A DNA stretch of 62,563 bases from Desulfobacterales bacterium (lineage in GTDB: Bacteria > Desulfobacterota > Desulfobacteria > Desulfobacterales > DTYH01). Within the stretch, counting starts at the first letter, position 1; each line of letters starts with the position of its first letter. The notes beneath the pieces are model-generated. The model did not search any database. It was not told where the DNA came from and worked only from the letters and a program-made list of their open reading frames with translations. The DNA lies in contig DTYH01000048.1 of assembly GCA_012961955.1 (NCBI GenBank), positions 1 through 62,563 of the forward strand, written 5' to 3'. The translations under genes and the position numbers were made by a program. Of the stretch, positions 29,942-37,690 are shown one piece after another.

Positions 29942-30655
29942 CTATTTGAATCGTCCTTCCTTGGCTAGGGCGATAAAATGGGCAACATCAATCTCTTTGG
30001 GACATACAAAAGTGCATGCCATGGAAGAGTGACACCTGGAGATACCTTGATCACTGTACAAGACCTTGAGCCTTTTGTCCTTCTCCCTTTCTCGAGGATC
30101 CATAACTCGAATTATGGTGGCCAACATCGCATTAGGTCCGAGAAAGCTGTTATGGCTGCTGATACACGCAGATGCGCAGCAGAAACAGTTTATACATCGG
30201 GTAGCGTCCACATAGACTTCCAGCTCATGAGCGGTTATGGGATGTTCATTCCCTTCCTCAAATGGTGGTTCGGGTTCAATAACATAGGGCATGACTTGGT
30301 CGACTTTTTCATATGCATTCTCCATGTCCGCCACAAGGTCACGGATGGCAGGTGCCACGTCCAGGGGTTCAATATGGAAGATGGTTGTTTCAAAGTAAGA
30401 GACGGCATCTTCTACCAGAAGCTCGCAGGCGAGAAGGGGTTTGCCGTTTACCTTGACCGTACAAGTTCCGCACTGGCCATGTTCACAGGATGAATCCCAG
30501 GCGAGCGTAGGATCCTGCTCCTCATTGATCTTACGAAACAGATCCACGAATCGGAGAATCCTGCCAGCTTCCATATGATAGTCCTGGATCCAGGACCGGT
30601 CATTGTCGGGATCGTATCGTCGTATCTTAAGGGTTATCTTGTAGCTCTCTCGCAT
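29942..30655 (-). CDS. sdhB: succinate dehydrogenase/fumarate reductase iron-sulfur subunit
   Basis: 2Fe-2S (CEHGQCGTCTVKVNG...C), CINCFCCASAC and CHSSMACTFVCPK motifs. ATG at 30655; the track ORF starts at an upstream TTG. Confidence 0.9.
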   Translation of the reverse strand: MRESYKITLKIRRYDPDNDRSWIQDYHMEAGRILRFVDLFRKINEEQDPTLAWDSSCEHGQCGTCTVKVNGKPLLACELLVEDAVSYFETTIFHIEPLDVAPAIRDLVADMENAYEKVDQVMPYVIEPEPPFEEGNEHPITAHELEVYVDATRCINCFCCASACISSHNSFLGPNAMLATIIRVMDPREREKDKRLKVLYSDQGISRCHSSMACTFVCPKEIDVAHFIALAKEGRFK

Positions 30656-30823
30656 GATCACACCGTAGCTTCTCAATAAGTCAGGGATGGCTTCTTTTAT
30701 CGTCTAACCTATAGAAACTGGGAGCTCCAAAAGTGCCTAGAGTGATCTAAAGTTAATGAATTCTATCATTTAAAAGTTGATTAGTATCCTTAAGTTTAGG
30801 CACTTTAGTTGACTTCAAACTTT

Positions 30824-30955
30824 ACCCCGTTGGAAAAGCCCTGTGCGGAAGCGTGGGGTCAAAATCGATACGCACCTCTTTTTTCGCAGGGGCTCTGCAA
30901 GAGACGAGGATGTTACGGCCGGGTTTAATGTCCTGTCTGAAGCTCTAACAGGGTT
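30824..30955. repeat. family-3 structured hairpin element (full length)
   Basis: ACCCCGTTGGAAAAGCCC...CTCTAACAGGGTT. Aligns along its whole length with 21454-21587. Confidence 0.75.
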
Positions 30956-31029
30956 TAATGAACTTATCGGGTACTGATGAATTATTCCTTAAAACACCCG
31001 AAGCTATTCAAGACTAACATCCCACCTAT

Positions 31030-31343
31030 GTAAATATTCGGTTATCCCGTAAGGGCCACACATTAACTTTGAAAGACAGGTGCCGATATATTTTTTCCAT
31101 GAGGGCAAAGCTCAAAACTCGGCCTATTAACTTTGAGGAGCAACAAAAACGTTCCCCTGGCAGCCTAAACGTTTCGCTATGGCGCGTGAGACTCTTGCAA
31201 TCACAGCCCATGGTAGTCTTACTGTGTCTGTGCCGTTCTTACTGGCTACACGAAATTTTTCACCTGATGCAAAAAAATATATTGGCACGTGCTTGAACCT
31301 TATGATCCCCTTAGAAACGGTACGGGACTACCGAATATTTTAC
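31030..31343. mobile_element. family-2 MITE, copy B
   Basis: L end GTAAATATTCGGTTATCCCGTAAGGG, R end GAAACGGTACGGGACTACCGAATATTTTAC, internal inverted repeats at 31079-31105 and 31261-31289. It ends 7 nt from the sdhA stop. Confidence 0.8.
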
Positions 31344-31350
31344 CTGCGTA

Positions 31351-33147
31351 TCAATATCTTCTTTCGATCATGCCGAACTCTTGATAGTGTTCGCCTCCAG
31401 ATTCGTAAAGGCTCATATCTATGGGTCGGTTTCCCAGTTTAACACTTCCAAATTCTCTCATGGATATCAACGTATGATAGTTGTACTCGTCATCCCTTTC
31501 GGGAAAGTCCTCCCGGTAATGGGCACCTCTCGATTCTCTTCTGTTAAGTGCGCCCTGAGCAATGACCATGGATACGGCCAAAAGGTTGTCTAGCTCCCAC
31601 CGCTGAATCAATTCCTGATTCATGGTGAGACTTTTTACAGATAACGCAGAGTTATTCGCTCTTTCTTTCAGTTCCTTCAAAGTCTCTATGGCCTGGGATA
31701 TCCCATCCTCGTCTCTAAAAACTCCGACCTTATCAGTCATTACGGTTCTCAATGCGTTTCGGATCTGAGCAGTACGATCCTTTCCCTTGGCCTCAAGGTA
31801 ACCGGAAAATCGGGAAAATGTCAGTTCCCCTTCATCTTCTGGCAAACTGAATGAAACCTCGTCCAGATACTCCAGTATCCGTTCGCCCGCGAACCTGCCC
31901 ATGGTGATCAACTCAAGTAGAGAATTCGTAGCAAGCCGATTAAAACCGTGAAAGCTCGCTGCTGCGCACTCGCCCACTGCAAATAGGCCTTCAACGGGTT
32001 CGAGGCTATTGTTTTGTACCTCACCCAGATGATTGGTCGGGATACCACCCATGTGGTAATGGTTGCTGGGACGCACAGGGCACAGGTCCTTCTTGGGGTC
32101 GACGTGTACAAACTTCTTGAAAAATCCGGAAATTTCTCGGAGCTTAACGTCGTGTACGTACTCGGAGAGATGTCTCAGGTCTATCCATACGTGGGACACT
32201 TCATGGTCGGGATTAAAAATACCTCTCCCTTCTCTAATCTCAGTTTCGATGGCGCGAGACACGACATCTCGAGGTGCAAGGTCTTTCATTTTAGGGGCAT
32301 AACGTTCCATAAAAGGTTCAAGATCCTTGTTACGAAGTACCCCGCCTTCCGCGCGTAGGGCCTCGCTGGCAAGAATGCCAGGGCCTATGATACCGGTAGG
32401 ATGAAACTGTACGGCTTCGGGATCCATCACAGGGAGTCCTGCCTGGAGTATGAGAGCAAGCCCATCTCCTGTATTCTGGCGGCAGTTGGTGGTGATCCTG
32501 AAGACCTGACCGGTACCTCCGGTTGCAAGGACAGTAGCCTTAGATAGTACACGCACAAATTCCCCTTCCTTCTTTTTATAAATGATTGACCCTGCACACT
32601 GGTTTCCTTTGAAGAGGAGTTCAGTGGCGATGGATTGATTCATGAAGGAGATGCCTCGTTTTATCGCCTCTCCCCATACAGTGTCCATGATCCCTTTCCC
32701 TGTTCGATCCGCTTCAAAGACAGCCCGGTAGGCAGTAGCTTCCCCAAAGTTCAACGTATGGCCCCCAAAGGTCCTCTTACCTAATCTGCCTTCATGATCC
32801 CTGCTGAAATGCATTCCTCTATTTTCCAGCCATATGATCTCATCCCAGGAGGCCTCGATGATCCTTTTGATAATGTTTTGATCCGCAGTGCAGTCAGATC
32901 CCTTCCAAGTATCAAACATATGATAGATAGGTTTGTCTGCAGGGTCTCTCGGGTCTACCGCAGCCAACCCGCCCTGGGCCGTGCATGTATGAGACTTTTG
33001 CGGATGCGAAACCTTGGTCACAGCTATAACGTGAGTTTCCGGCCTCTTCTCGAGTATCTCGACCGCGCACCGAAGTCCAGCACCTCCAGCCCCAATGATC
33101 AATACGTCACAATAGATTGTTGCATCTATTCCGAGGACTCTATTCAT
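31351..33147 (-). CDS. sdhA: succinate dehydrogenase/fumarate reductase flavoprotein subunit
   Basis: DVLIIGAGGAGL dinucleotide fold, HPTG motif and RGAHYREDFP. AAGGA lies 6 nt before the ATG at 33147; the longer track ORF reads into the MITE. Confidence 0.9.
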   Translation of the reverse strand: MNRVLGIDATIYCDVLIIGAGGAGLRCAVEILEKRPETHVIAVTKVSHPQKSHTCTAQGGLAAVDPRDPADKPIYHMFDTWKGSDCTADQNIIKRIIEASWDEIIWLENRGMHFSRDHEGRLGKRTFGGHTLNFGEATAYRAVFEADRTGKGIMDTVWGEAIKRGISFMNQSIATELLFKGNQCAGSIIYKKKEGEFVRVLSKATVLATGGTGQVFRITTNCRQNTGDGLALILQAGLPVMDPEAVQFHPTGIIGPGILASEALRAEGGVLRNKDLEPFMERYAPKMKDLAPRDVVSRAIETEIREGRGIFNPDHEVSHVWIDLRHLSEYVHDVKLREISGFFKKFVHVDPKKDLCPVRPSNHYHMGGIPTNHLGEVQNNSLEPVEGLFAVGECAAASFHGFNRLATNSLLELITMGRFAGERILEYLDEVSFSLPEDEGELTFSRFSGYLEAKGKDRTAQIRNALRTVMTDKVGVFRDEDGISQAIETLKELKERANNSALSVKSLTMNQELIQRWELDNLLAVSMVIAQGALNRRESRGAHYREDFPERDDEYNYHTLISMREFGSVKLGNRPIDMSLYESGGEHYQEFGMIERRY

Positions 33148-33178
33148 TGCCATTCCTTTGAAATCGTGCGTGCGATTG

Positions 33179-33499
33179 GTAAATATTCGGTTATTCCGTA
33201 AAGGTTGTACATTACCCTGTGAAAAGGCAGCCGCCAATTATATCTTTTGCATGGGGTCAAAAATTTCGTATAGCCAGTATGAACGGAACAGAGAGAATAT
33301 AATATTGCTGGGTGCTGCAACTCCAAGTGTCTTGCGTGGTATAGCCAAACGCTTAGGCGTGCCTCGCAAACGTTTTCATTGCACACGCAAGATAAGAGCC
33401 AGAATTTCCGCGTTTGCCCTTATGCAAAAAATTAGATTGGCACCTCCCCTTTTGCACATGGTCGCCCGGGAAACGAAACGGAATATGTGCATACTTACC
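33179..33499. mobile_element. family-2 MITE, copy C (core inverted relative to A and B)
   Basis: Left end matches the L ends of A and B, and the right end matches their R ends. The ~160-bp core (about 33257-33417) aligns only as a reverse complement. Confidence 0.75.
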
Positions 33500-33525
33500 A
33501 ATTCCTTTGAAAAAGTTAGGGTGTT

Positions 33526-33545
33526 AAGACTTTTTACGAAACCAC
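33526..33545. repeat. family-1 terminus fragment
   Basis: AAGACTTTTTACGAAACCAC, 10 nt from the sdhC stop. Confidence 0.5.
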
Positions 33546-33554
33546 CGTTTTTCT

Positions 33555-34382
33555 CTAAACAAGAAGTGTCAACCTTAATCCAATCCAGGCAAAGATGACC
33601 ATGATCACAATGATCAACATGGCGCAGCTGCTCTTAAGTACCTTGGATTGTAGATAATCCTTTGCGATAGATAAGAGACCGTACCCTCCATGGTAAAGGA
33701 TCGCTATCACGAGGGCGAGGTCTGTCACCTTGATGAAGAAATGCTGTATCCGATCTATTACAACGCCTGCCTCATGCCCCACAGATGGGTTGATGTGTTC
33801 AAAGAGAAGATGGGCTGTAACCATGATTAATAGAAAGGCTCCCGTAATCCTTTGAAATTTCCAGGCAATGGAGGTACCACTATGCCAGACTTTGGAGGCG
33901 ACAAGGTAGGCAAGGCTGGTACTTATAATAAGAGCTATTAACCAGAAGAATAAAGGGGTAACACTCTGATTCCCCATGATCATAAGCATTCCCATGAGGA
34001 GGACATAAACCGCAGAAAGGCCCAACACCCAGCGCGTCATAGTTTCATCGTCCCTACATCCGAAGCTTTCGTAAAGGATCAGCCTAGCTCCGTTTAACGC
34101 ATGAAAAATAACGGGTATGGCGAGTAGCCACTCAAGGAGACGGAATATAAAAAAACTGAACAGCTTCATCTTCGCGTTGAATTCGGCCGGGGTCTCGAGG
34201 GAGGAAAGGGTGTAGATGTGGAGCATCACATAGGCGACCAGCCCTGTCCCGCTAATTCGATGGCACCAGGCAATCACATAAGCCCGCCCTCTTGTCTTGG
34301 CATAAGTGGAGATGAAGGGCACGTTCGCCAATTTCGTGGTAATAGCCTGCCTGAAGCGCTTTATTTCATAGTCTTCGGCCAC
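33555..34382 (-). CDS. sdhC: succinate dehydrogenase/fumarate reductase cytochrome b membrane anchor (single-polypeptide, dihaem type)
   Basis: 275 aa, ~5-6 TM helices. Four His in contexts resembling Bacillus/Wolinella-type anchors (CHRISGTG..HIY, FHALNGARL, QRITGAFLLIMVTAHLL, YHGGYGLL). GTG start. Confidence 0.7.
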   Translation of the reverse strand: MAEDYEIKRFRQAITTKLANVPFISTYAKTRGRAYVIAWCHRISGTGLVAYVMLHIYTLSSLETPAEFNAKMKLFSFFIFRLLEWLLAIPVIFHALNGARLILYESFGCRDDETMTRWVLGLSAVYVLLMGMLMIMGNQSVTPLFFWLIALIISTSLAYLVASKVWHSGTSIAWKFQRITGAFLLIMVTAHLLFEHINPSVGHEAGVVIDRIQHFFIKVTDLALVIAILYHGGYGLLSIAKDYLQSKVLKSSCAMLIIVIMVIFAWIGLRLTLLV

Positions 34383-34399
34383 TATAACGCGTCCTATTT

Positions 34400-34442
34400 A
34401 CCCCCCGTTGGAAAAGCCCCGTACGAAACTCTAACGGGGTTT
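34400..34442. repeat. family-3 element, minimal form
   Basis: ACCCCCCGTTGGAAAAGCCCCGTACGAAACTCTAACGGGGTTT. It contains the last codons and the TAG of the GntR gene. Confidence 0.7.
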
Positions 34443-35132
34443 ACTTTGCTGCTCTTCAAGGTATGCTAAAAATCTGTCTAGGGCGATTTCAATATGCCAC
34501 CTTACCATGTTTTCGATTTCCTGCGCGTCGGAATCCTCGTTTCGGAAAAGGTCCAGTATCTTTTTATGGATGATAAGGGATCTTTGAAAATCTTCCTTAT
34601 AATATTGATAAGAGAACCGATGCCATACACTGTGCATTCGAAGGTTCATCAGAATGTTGATTAATACATCATTCCCTGATGCCCTTATGAAGCCTTCATG
34701 AAACTTAATATGGTGTTTCATGAAGGCCTTGCCGTCCTTTTTTGCTACTGCTCCTTTCATATTCAGAAAGGTTTCCTCCAGGGAATCAAGTTCTTCCTTG
34801 GTCATCCTGGAAAAGGCCTCCCGAGCTGCTAAACCTTCCAAGACAGCCCGTACTGGGAAGTTATCTTCGATATCCTTTCGAGTCACTCTCTTGACGAAGG
34901 TACCCTTTCTTGGAACGATCACAACCAGTCCCTTCTTTTCTAGGTCACGAAAGGCTTCCCTGAGGGGTGAACGGCTAATACCAAACTGCTCTTGCAGTTT
35001 CGCCTCCACCAATTGATCTCCCCCCTTAAGGATACCTTCAAGAATCGCTTGGGCTATTGTATCAGAAACTTGATCCACTAGTACGGTATGTTTGAAATTC
35101 AAACGCCCCATCTTTTTGGTCAATTCAGACAT
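34431..35132 (-). CDS. GntR-family transcriptional regulator (FadR/FCD subfamily)
   Basis: N-terminal winged HTH (LVEAKLQEQFGISRSPLREAFRDLEKKGLVVIVPRKGTFV) plus an all-helical FCD-like C-terminal domain. Confidence 0.9.
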   Translation of the reverse strand: MSELTKKMGRLNFKHTVLVDQVSDTIAQAILEGILKGGDQLVEAKLQEQFGISRSPLREAFRDLEKKGLVVIVPRKGTFVKRVTRKDIEDNFPVRAVLEGLAAREAFSRMTKEELDSLEETFLNMKGAVAKKDGKAFMKHHIKFHEGFIRASGNDVLINILMNLRMHSVWHRFSYQYYKEDFQRSLIIHKKILDLFRNEDSDAQEIENMVRWHIEIALDRFLAYLEEQQSKPR

Positions 35133-35189
35133 GATTTATTAGGCAGTAGATACCTCCTTATTCAAGAATCGTGAAACCTTTAGTAACCT

Positions 35190-35328
35190 GATCACGTCAC
35201 TGTCCACGGGATGGCGTATTCCTTGGAACGACTTGGCGGAAACCTTTAGTTTCCCGGGTTCGAAAGTGGGGAAAGCCGCAGCTACCCGAGTGAACCGAAA
35301 ACCTCATCCCGTGAACAGTGACGTGATC
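35190..35328. repeat. 139-bp element bounded by 24-nt inverted repeats
   Basis: GATCACGTCACTGTCCACGGGATG (35190-35213) against the reverse complement of CATCCCGTGAACAGTGACGTGATC (35305-35328), with 1 mismatch. Confidence 0.8.
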
Positions 35329-35356
35329 GCTTTCTGGCATGAGCAAGAATACGTTG

Positions 35357-35575
35357 CTATTCCTCGTACAATCTCCGGATGGTGATGGCATCATGGACAC
35401 AAGCTCCTACACAGAGATTGCATAGGGTACATTCATCCTCGTTTTCCAGGATAACCGCGGGATTGCTACCGTTCTCTACAAAGATATTTACGGGACATAC
35501 CCTGACGCACCCGCCACATCCCTTTATCCCTGTACATCTCGAAAAATTGATCTCAACCTTTATGAACTCACCCAT
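35357..35575 (-). CDS. 2x[4Fe-4S] ferredoxin
   Basis: 72 aa from MGEFIKV, with CTGIKGCGGCVRVCP and CTLCNLCVGAC cysteine clusters. The longer track ORF has no support upstream. Confidence 0.8.
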   Translation of the reverse strand: MGEFIKVEINFSRCTGIKGCGGCVRVCPVNIFVENGSNPAVILENEDECTLCNLCVGACVHDAITIRRLYEE

Positions 35576-35967
35576 ATTTTGACTCTCTTTTTTCCGCCTC
35601 GGTTTCACTGTTTGTAACACCTCAGCTCTTTGACAAGTTAGGCTGCATAACATATTGGTTTCATGTGGCTTTTGGGCAGCCATCGATCTATTTTTTCAAA
35701 AAAGAGTAACAATTTAGCGTTTTGACAAAAATCGTCGAAGCAGAATGGTGCTCCTAGGATGGAATACTAACACTGAAGAGTAAAGAGTTAAGAATGAAGA
35801 GTGAATGAATTATTGAACGTTCATTCTTCACTCTTAGAAGCACCGGGTTTCAGCCGCGACTCAATAGTGGCCTTTCAAAGAGCTAAACTGTTACAAGAAA
35901 TATATCCATCCACGTTGTGTAAGTTCCTCGCAGCACTTTTGTAAAGAGATGAAGTGTTACCTATATT

Positions 35968-36558
35968 TCACGCCTCAAAGTTCAATTCCATTTCAATTCG
36001 TTCCAGGAAACGTCTCATGTAGTCTATTCGATTTAGACCTATCCTTTCGGCCTCTTTGGTGTGAAACGTGCCCTCTACCTTGGCGAGGATGGAGCGAAGG
36101 AGCTTAGGGAAGTTCTTGGCTTTTCCGTCAAATGATCCATCATTTAGCCCGCGTATAACCGCCCTTATGATTCCGATTGCGCCTATATACTCCAGGGCAT
36201 CAGCATCCTGTCCCAGCTTTGCCTCCATGGTACCGGGGTCCGGTCCCCCGTAACGACTGTGAGATTCAAGGACGTGTAGTACATCCTCGACCTTTTCTTT
36301 CGGAAATTCAACCTGTTTGAGGATTTCCGCGGCTCTCTTCCTTCCTGCGAGGTAATGCTCCTTCCTGTTTATGGTTACCCCGAGGTCGTGGAGCAAGGCA
36401 CCAGCGGTCAGGACATCCAAATTAGCACCTTCATCTTGGCCGAGTTTTTGGCACCACGTAGTCACCCTTTCGACGTGATCAGGACTGGCTACAGGTTCAT
36501 CCGCTAGCTCCGACTCCACCTCGTGCCAGATTTTTTCCTGAGTCTTGTTGAGTTTCAT
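35968..36558 (-). CDS. HD-domain phosphohydrolase
   Basis: H...HD motif (GALLHDLG) in a 196-aa all-helical protein. It overlaps the sucD-like stop by 4 nt. Confidence 0.75.
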   Translation of the reverse strand: MKLNKTQEKIWHEVESELADEPVASPDHVERVTTWCQKLGQDEGANLDVLTAGALLHDLGVTINRKEHYLAGRKRAAEILKQVEFPKEKVEDVLHVLESHSRYGGPDPGTMEAKLGQDADALEYIGAIGIIRAVIRGLNDGSFDGKAKNFPKLLRSILAKVEGTFHTKEAERIGLNRIDYMRRFLERIEMELNFEA

Positions 36559-37460
36559 TCTTGGACCCCTATATACTCTCTTAAAGCGGAAACGATGTCA
36601 GAAAAAGACTCTGCCACCCGGATACCAGCTTCCCTGAACATAGCGATCTTTCGTTTAGTGGTCCCTGTGTCACCCTCCACGATAGTTGCAGCATGCCCGA
36701 AACGGACCCCGGGTATATCATCCACAAAGCGCCCGGCAATAAAAGCAACAATAGGAGTGGATATCTTCTCAGCCGTCACGAATTCGGCAAGCCTTTCCTC
36801 GACAACCCCCCCAGGTTCACAAAAGAGGACTACCGCTCTTGTCTCAGGATCTTTCTCAAACAATGGGATCAGGTCCAAAAAATTGGCCCCAACGATTGGA
36901 TCACCACCTACAGCCACGCAGGTACTTTGACCAATCCCGTTTATTGTGAGGAGGTTTGCGATTTCAGTCGTCATCCCTCCGCTTCGTGAAGCAATCCCCA
37001 CAGGTCCAGGCATGTAGGCCTTTTTTACGTCTTCCACAGGCCCTCCCGCCATACCAAGTTTTACCTTGTGGGGAGAGATAAGCCCAAGTGTGTTGGGTCC
37101 AATCACCCTGACATCCTTCTCTTGAGCTACTTCTAAGAACTCAATGGTGTCCCTTCTGGGGACACGCTCGGTCACGACGACTATAAGTCGTATTCCGTTA
37201 TCTAGCGCTTCCAAAGCTGCTTCTTTTACGAGAGGAGGGGGGACGGAGATTACAGAAGCCTCAGCCGGGTGTTCCCTTAGTGCCTGTTGAACGGTATCGT
37301 ATACAGGGACGCCATGAACATTCTGACCCAGTTTACCCGGAGTCACTCCAGCCACCACCTTCGTCCCATAGCCCAACATATCCTTGGTGAAAGAGGTGGC
37401 CTCACGGCCCGTTATACCCTGAACGATAACTCTGGTGTTCTGATCAGCCAGTATCGCCAC
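36555..37460 (-). CDS. sucD: succinyl-CoA synthetase-like alpha subunit (ADP-forming acyl-CoA synthetase)
   Basis: RVIVQGITGREATSFTKDMLGYGTKVVAGVTPGK CoA-binding N-terminus and a phosphohistidine loop context (RFGHAATIV). Substrate not assignable. Confidence 0.8.
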   Translation of the reverse strand: MAILADQNTRVIVQGITGREATSFTKDMLGYGTKVVAGVTPGKLGQNVHGVPVYDTVQQALREHPAEASVISVPPPLVKEAALEALDNGIRLIVVVTERVPRRDTIEFLEVAQEKDVRVIGPNTLGLISPHKVKLGMAGGPVEDVKKAYMPGPVGIASRSGGMTTEIANLLTINGIGQSTCVAVGGDPIVGANFLDLIPLFEKDPETRAVVLFCEPGGVVEERLAEFVTAEKISTPIVAFIAGRFVDDIPGVRFGHAATIVEGDTGTTKRKIAMFREAGIRVAESFSDIVSALREYIGVQE

Positions 37461-37502
37461 TATCTGTTCCCTTCCAACAGATTTGTCACGTGCTTAAATC
37501 GA

Positions 37503-37690
37503 TGGTTTTGTAAAAAGTCATTTTGTTCTCTCCGTGAGCCATTTTGGGATTCATATTTCGCCTGGCTAAAATTTCAAAAACTAGGGCATACCCACTCAGA
37601 CACGTTGAGATTTTTAACGCCGGGCTAATTCCTGAATATTCTTGCAAACTTGCTCAAAGTCGTTCCCAAAATGACTTTTTACAAAACCAC
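37503..37690. mobile_element. family-1 MITE, long form, with target-site duplication
   Basis: Perfect 23-nt TIRs (37503-37525 and 37667-37689). TTAAATCGA lies directly outside both ends (37494-37502 and 37691-37699). Confidence 0.9.

Noticed and set aside
33148-33237. 30-codon N-terminal extension of the sdhA ORF in the track (MAAAFSQGNVQPLRNNRIFTNRTHDFKG)
   Set aside because: It is the translation of the family-2 MITE terminus. An AAGGA SD precedes the ATG at 33147, and the FAD-binding GxGxxG follows immediately.
33158-33598. ORFs made of repeat sequence: 13127..13462, 15163..15522, 15188..15391, 31179..31442, 33158..33598, 44528..44818, 21784..21993, 56497..56766
   Set aside because: They overlap families 1 and 2 or hairpin repeats. 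Recurring peptides such as LFTKPS and AKRLGVPRK are just translated repeat DNA, and none has a ribosome-binding site.
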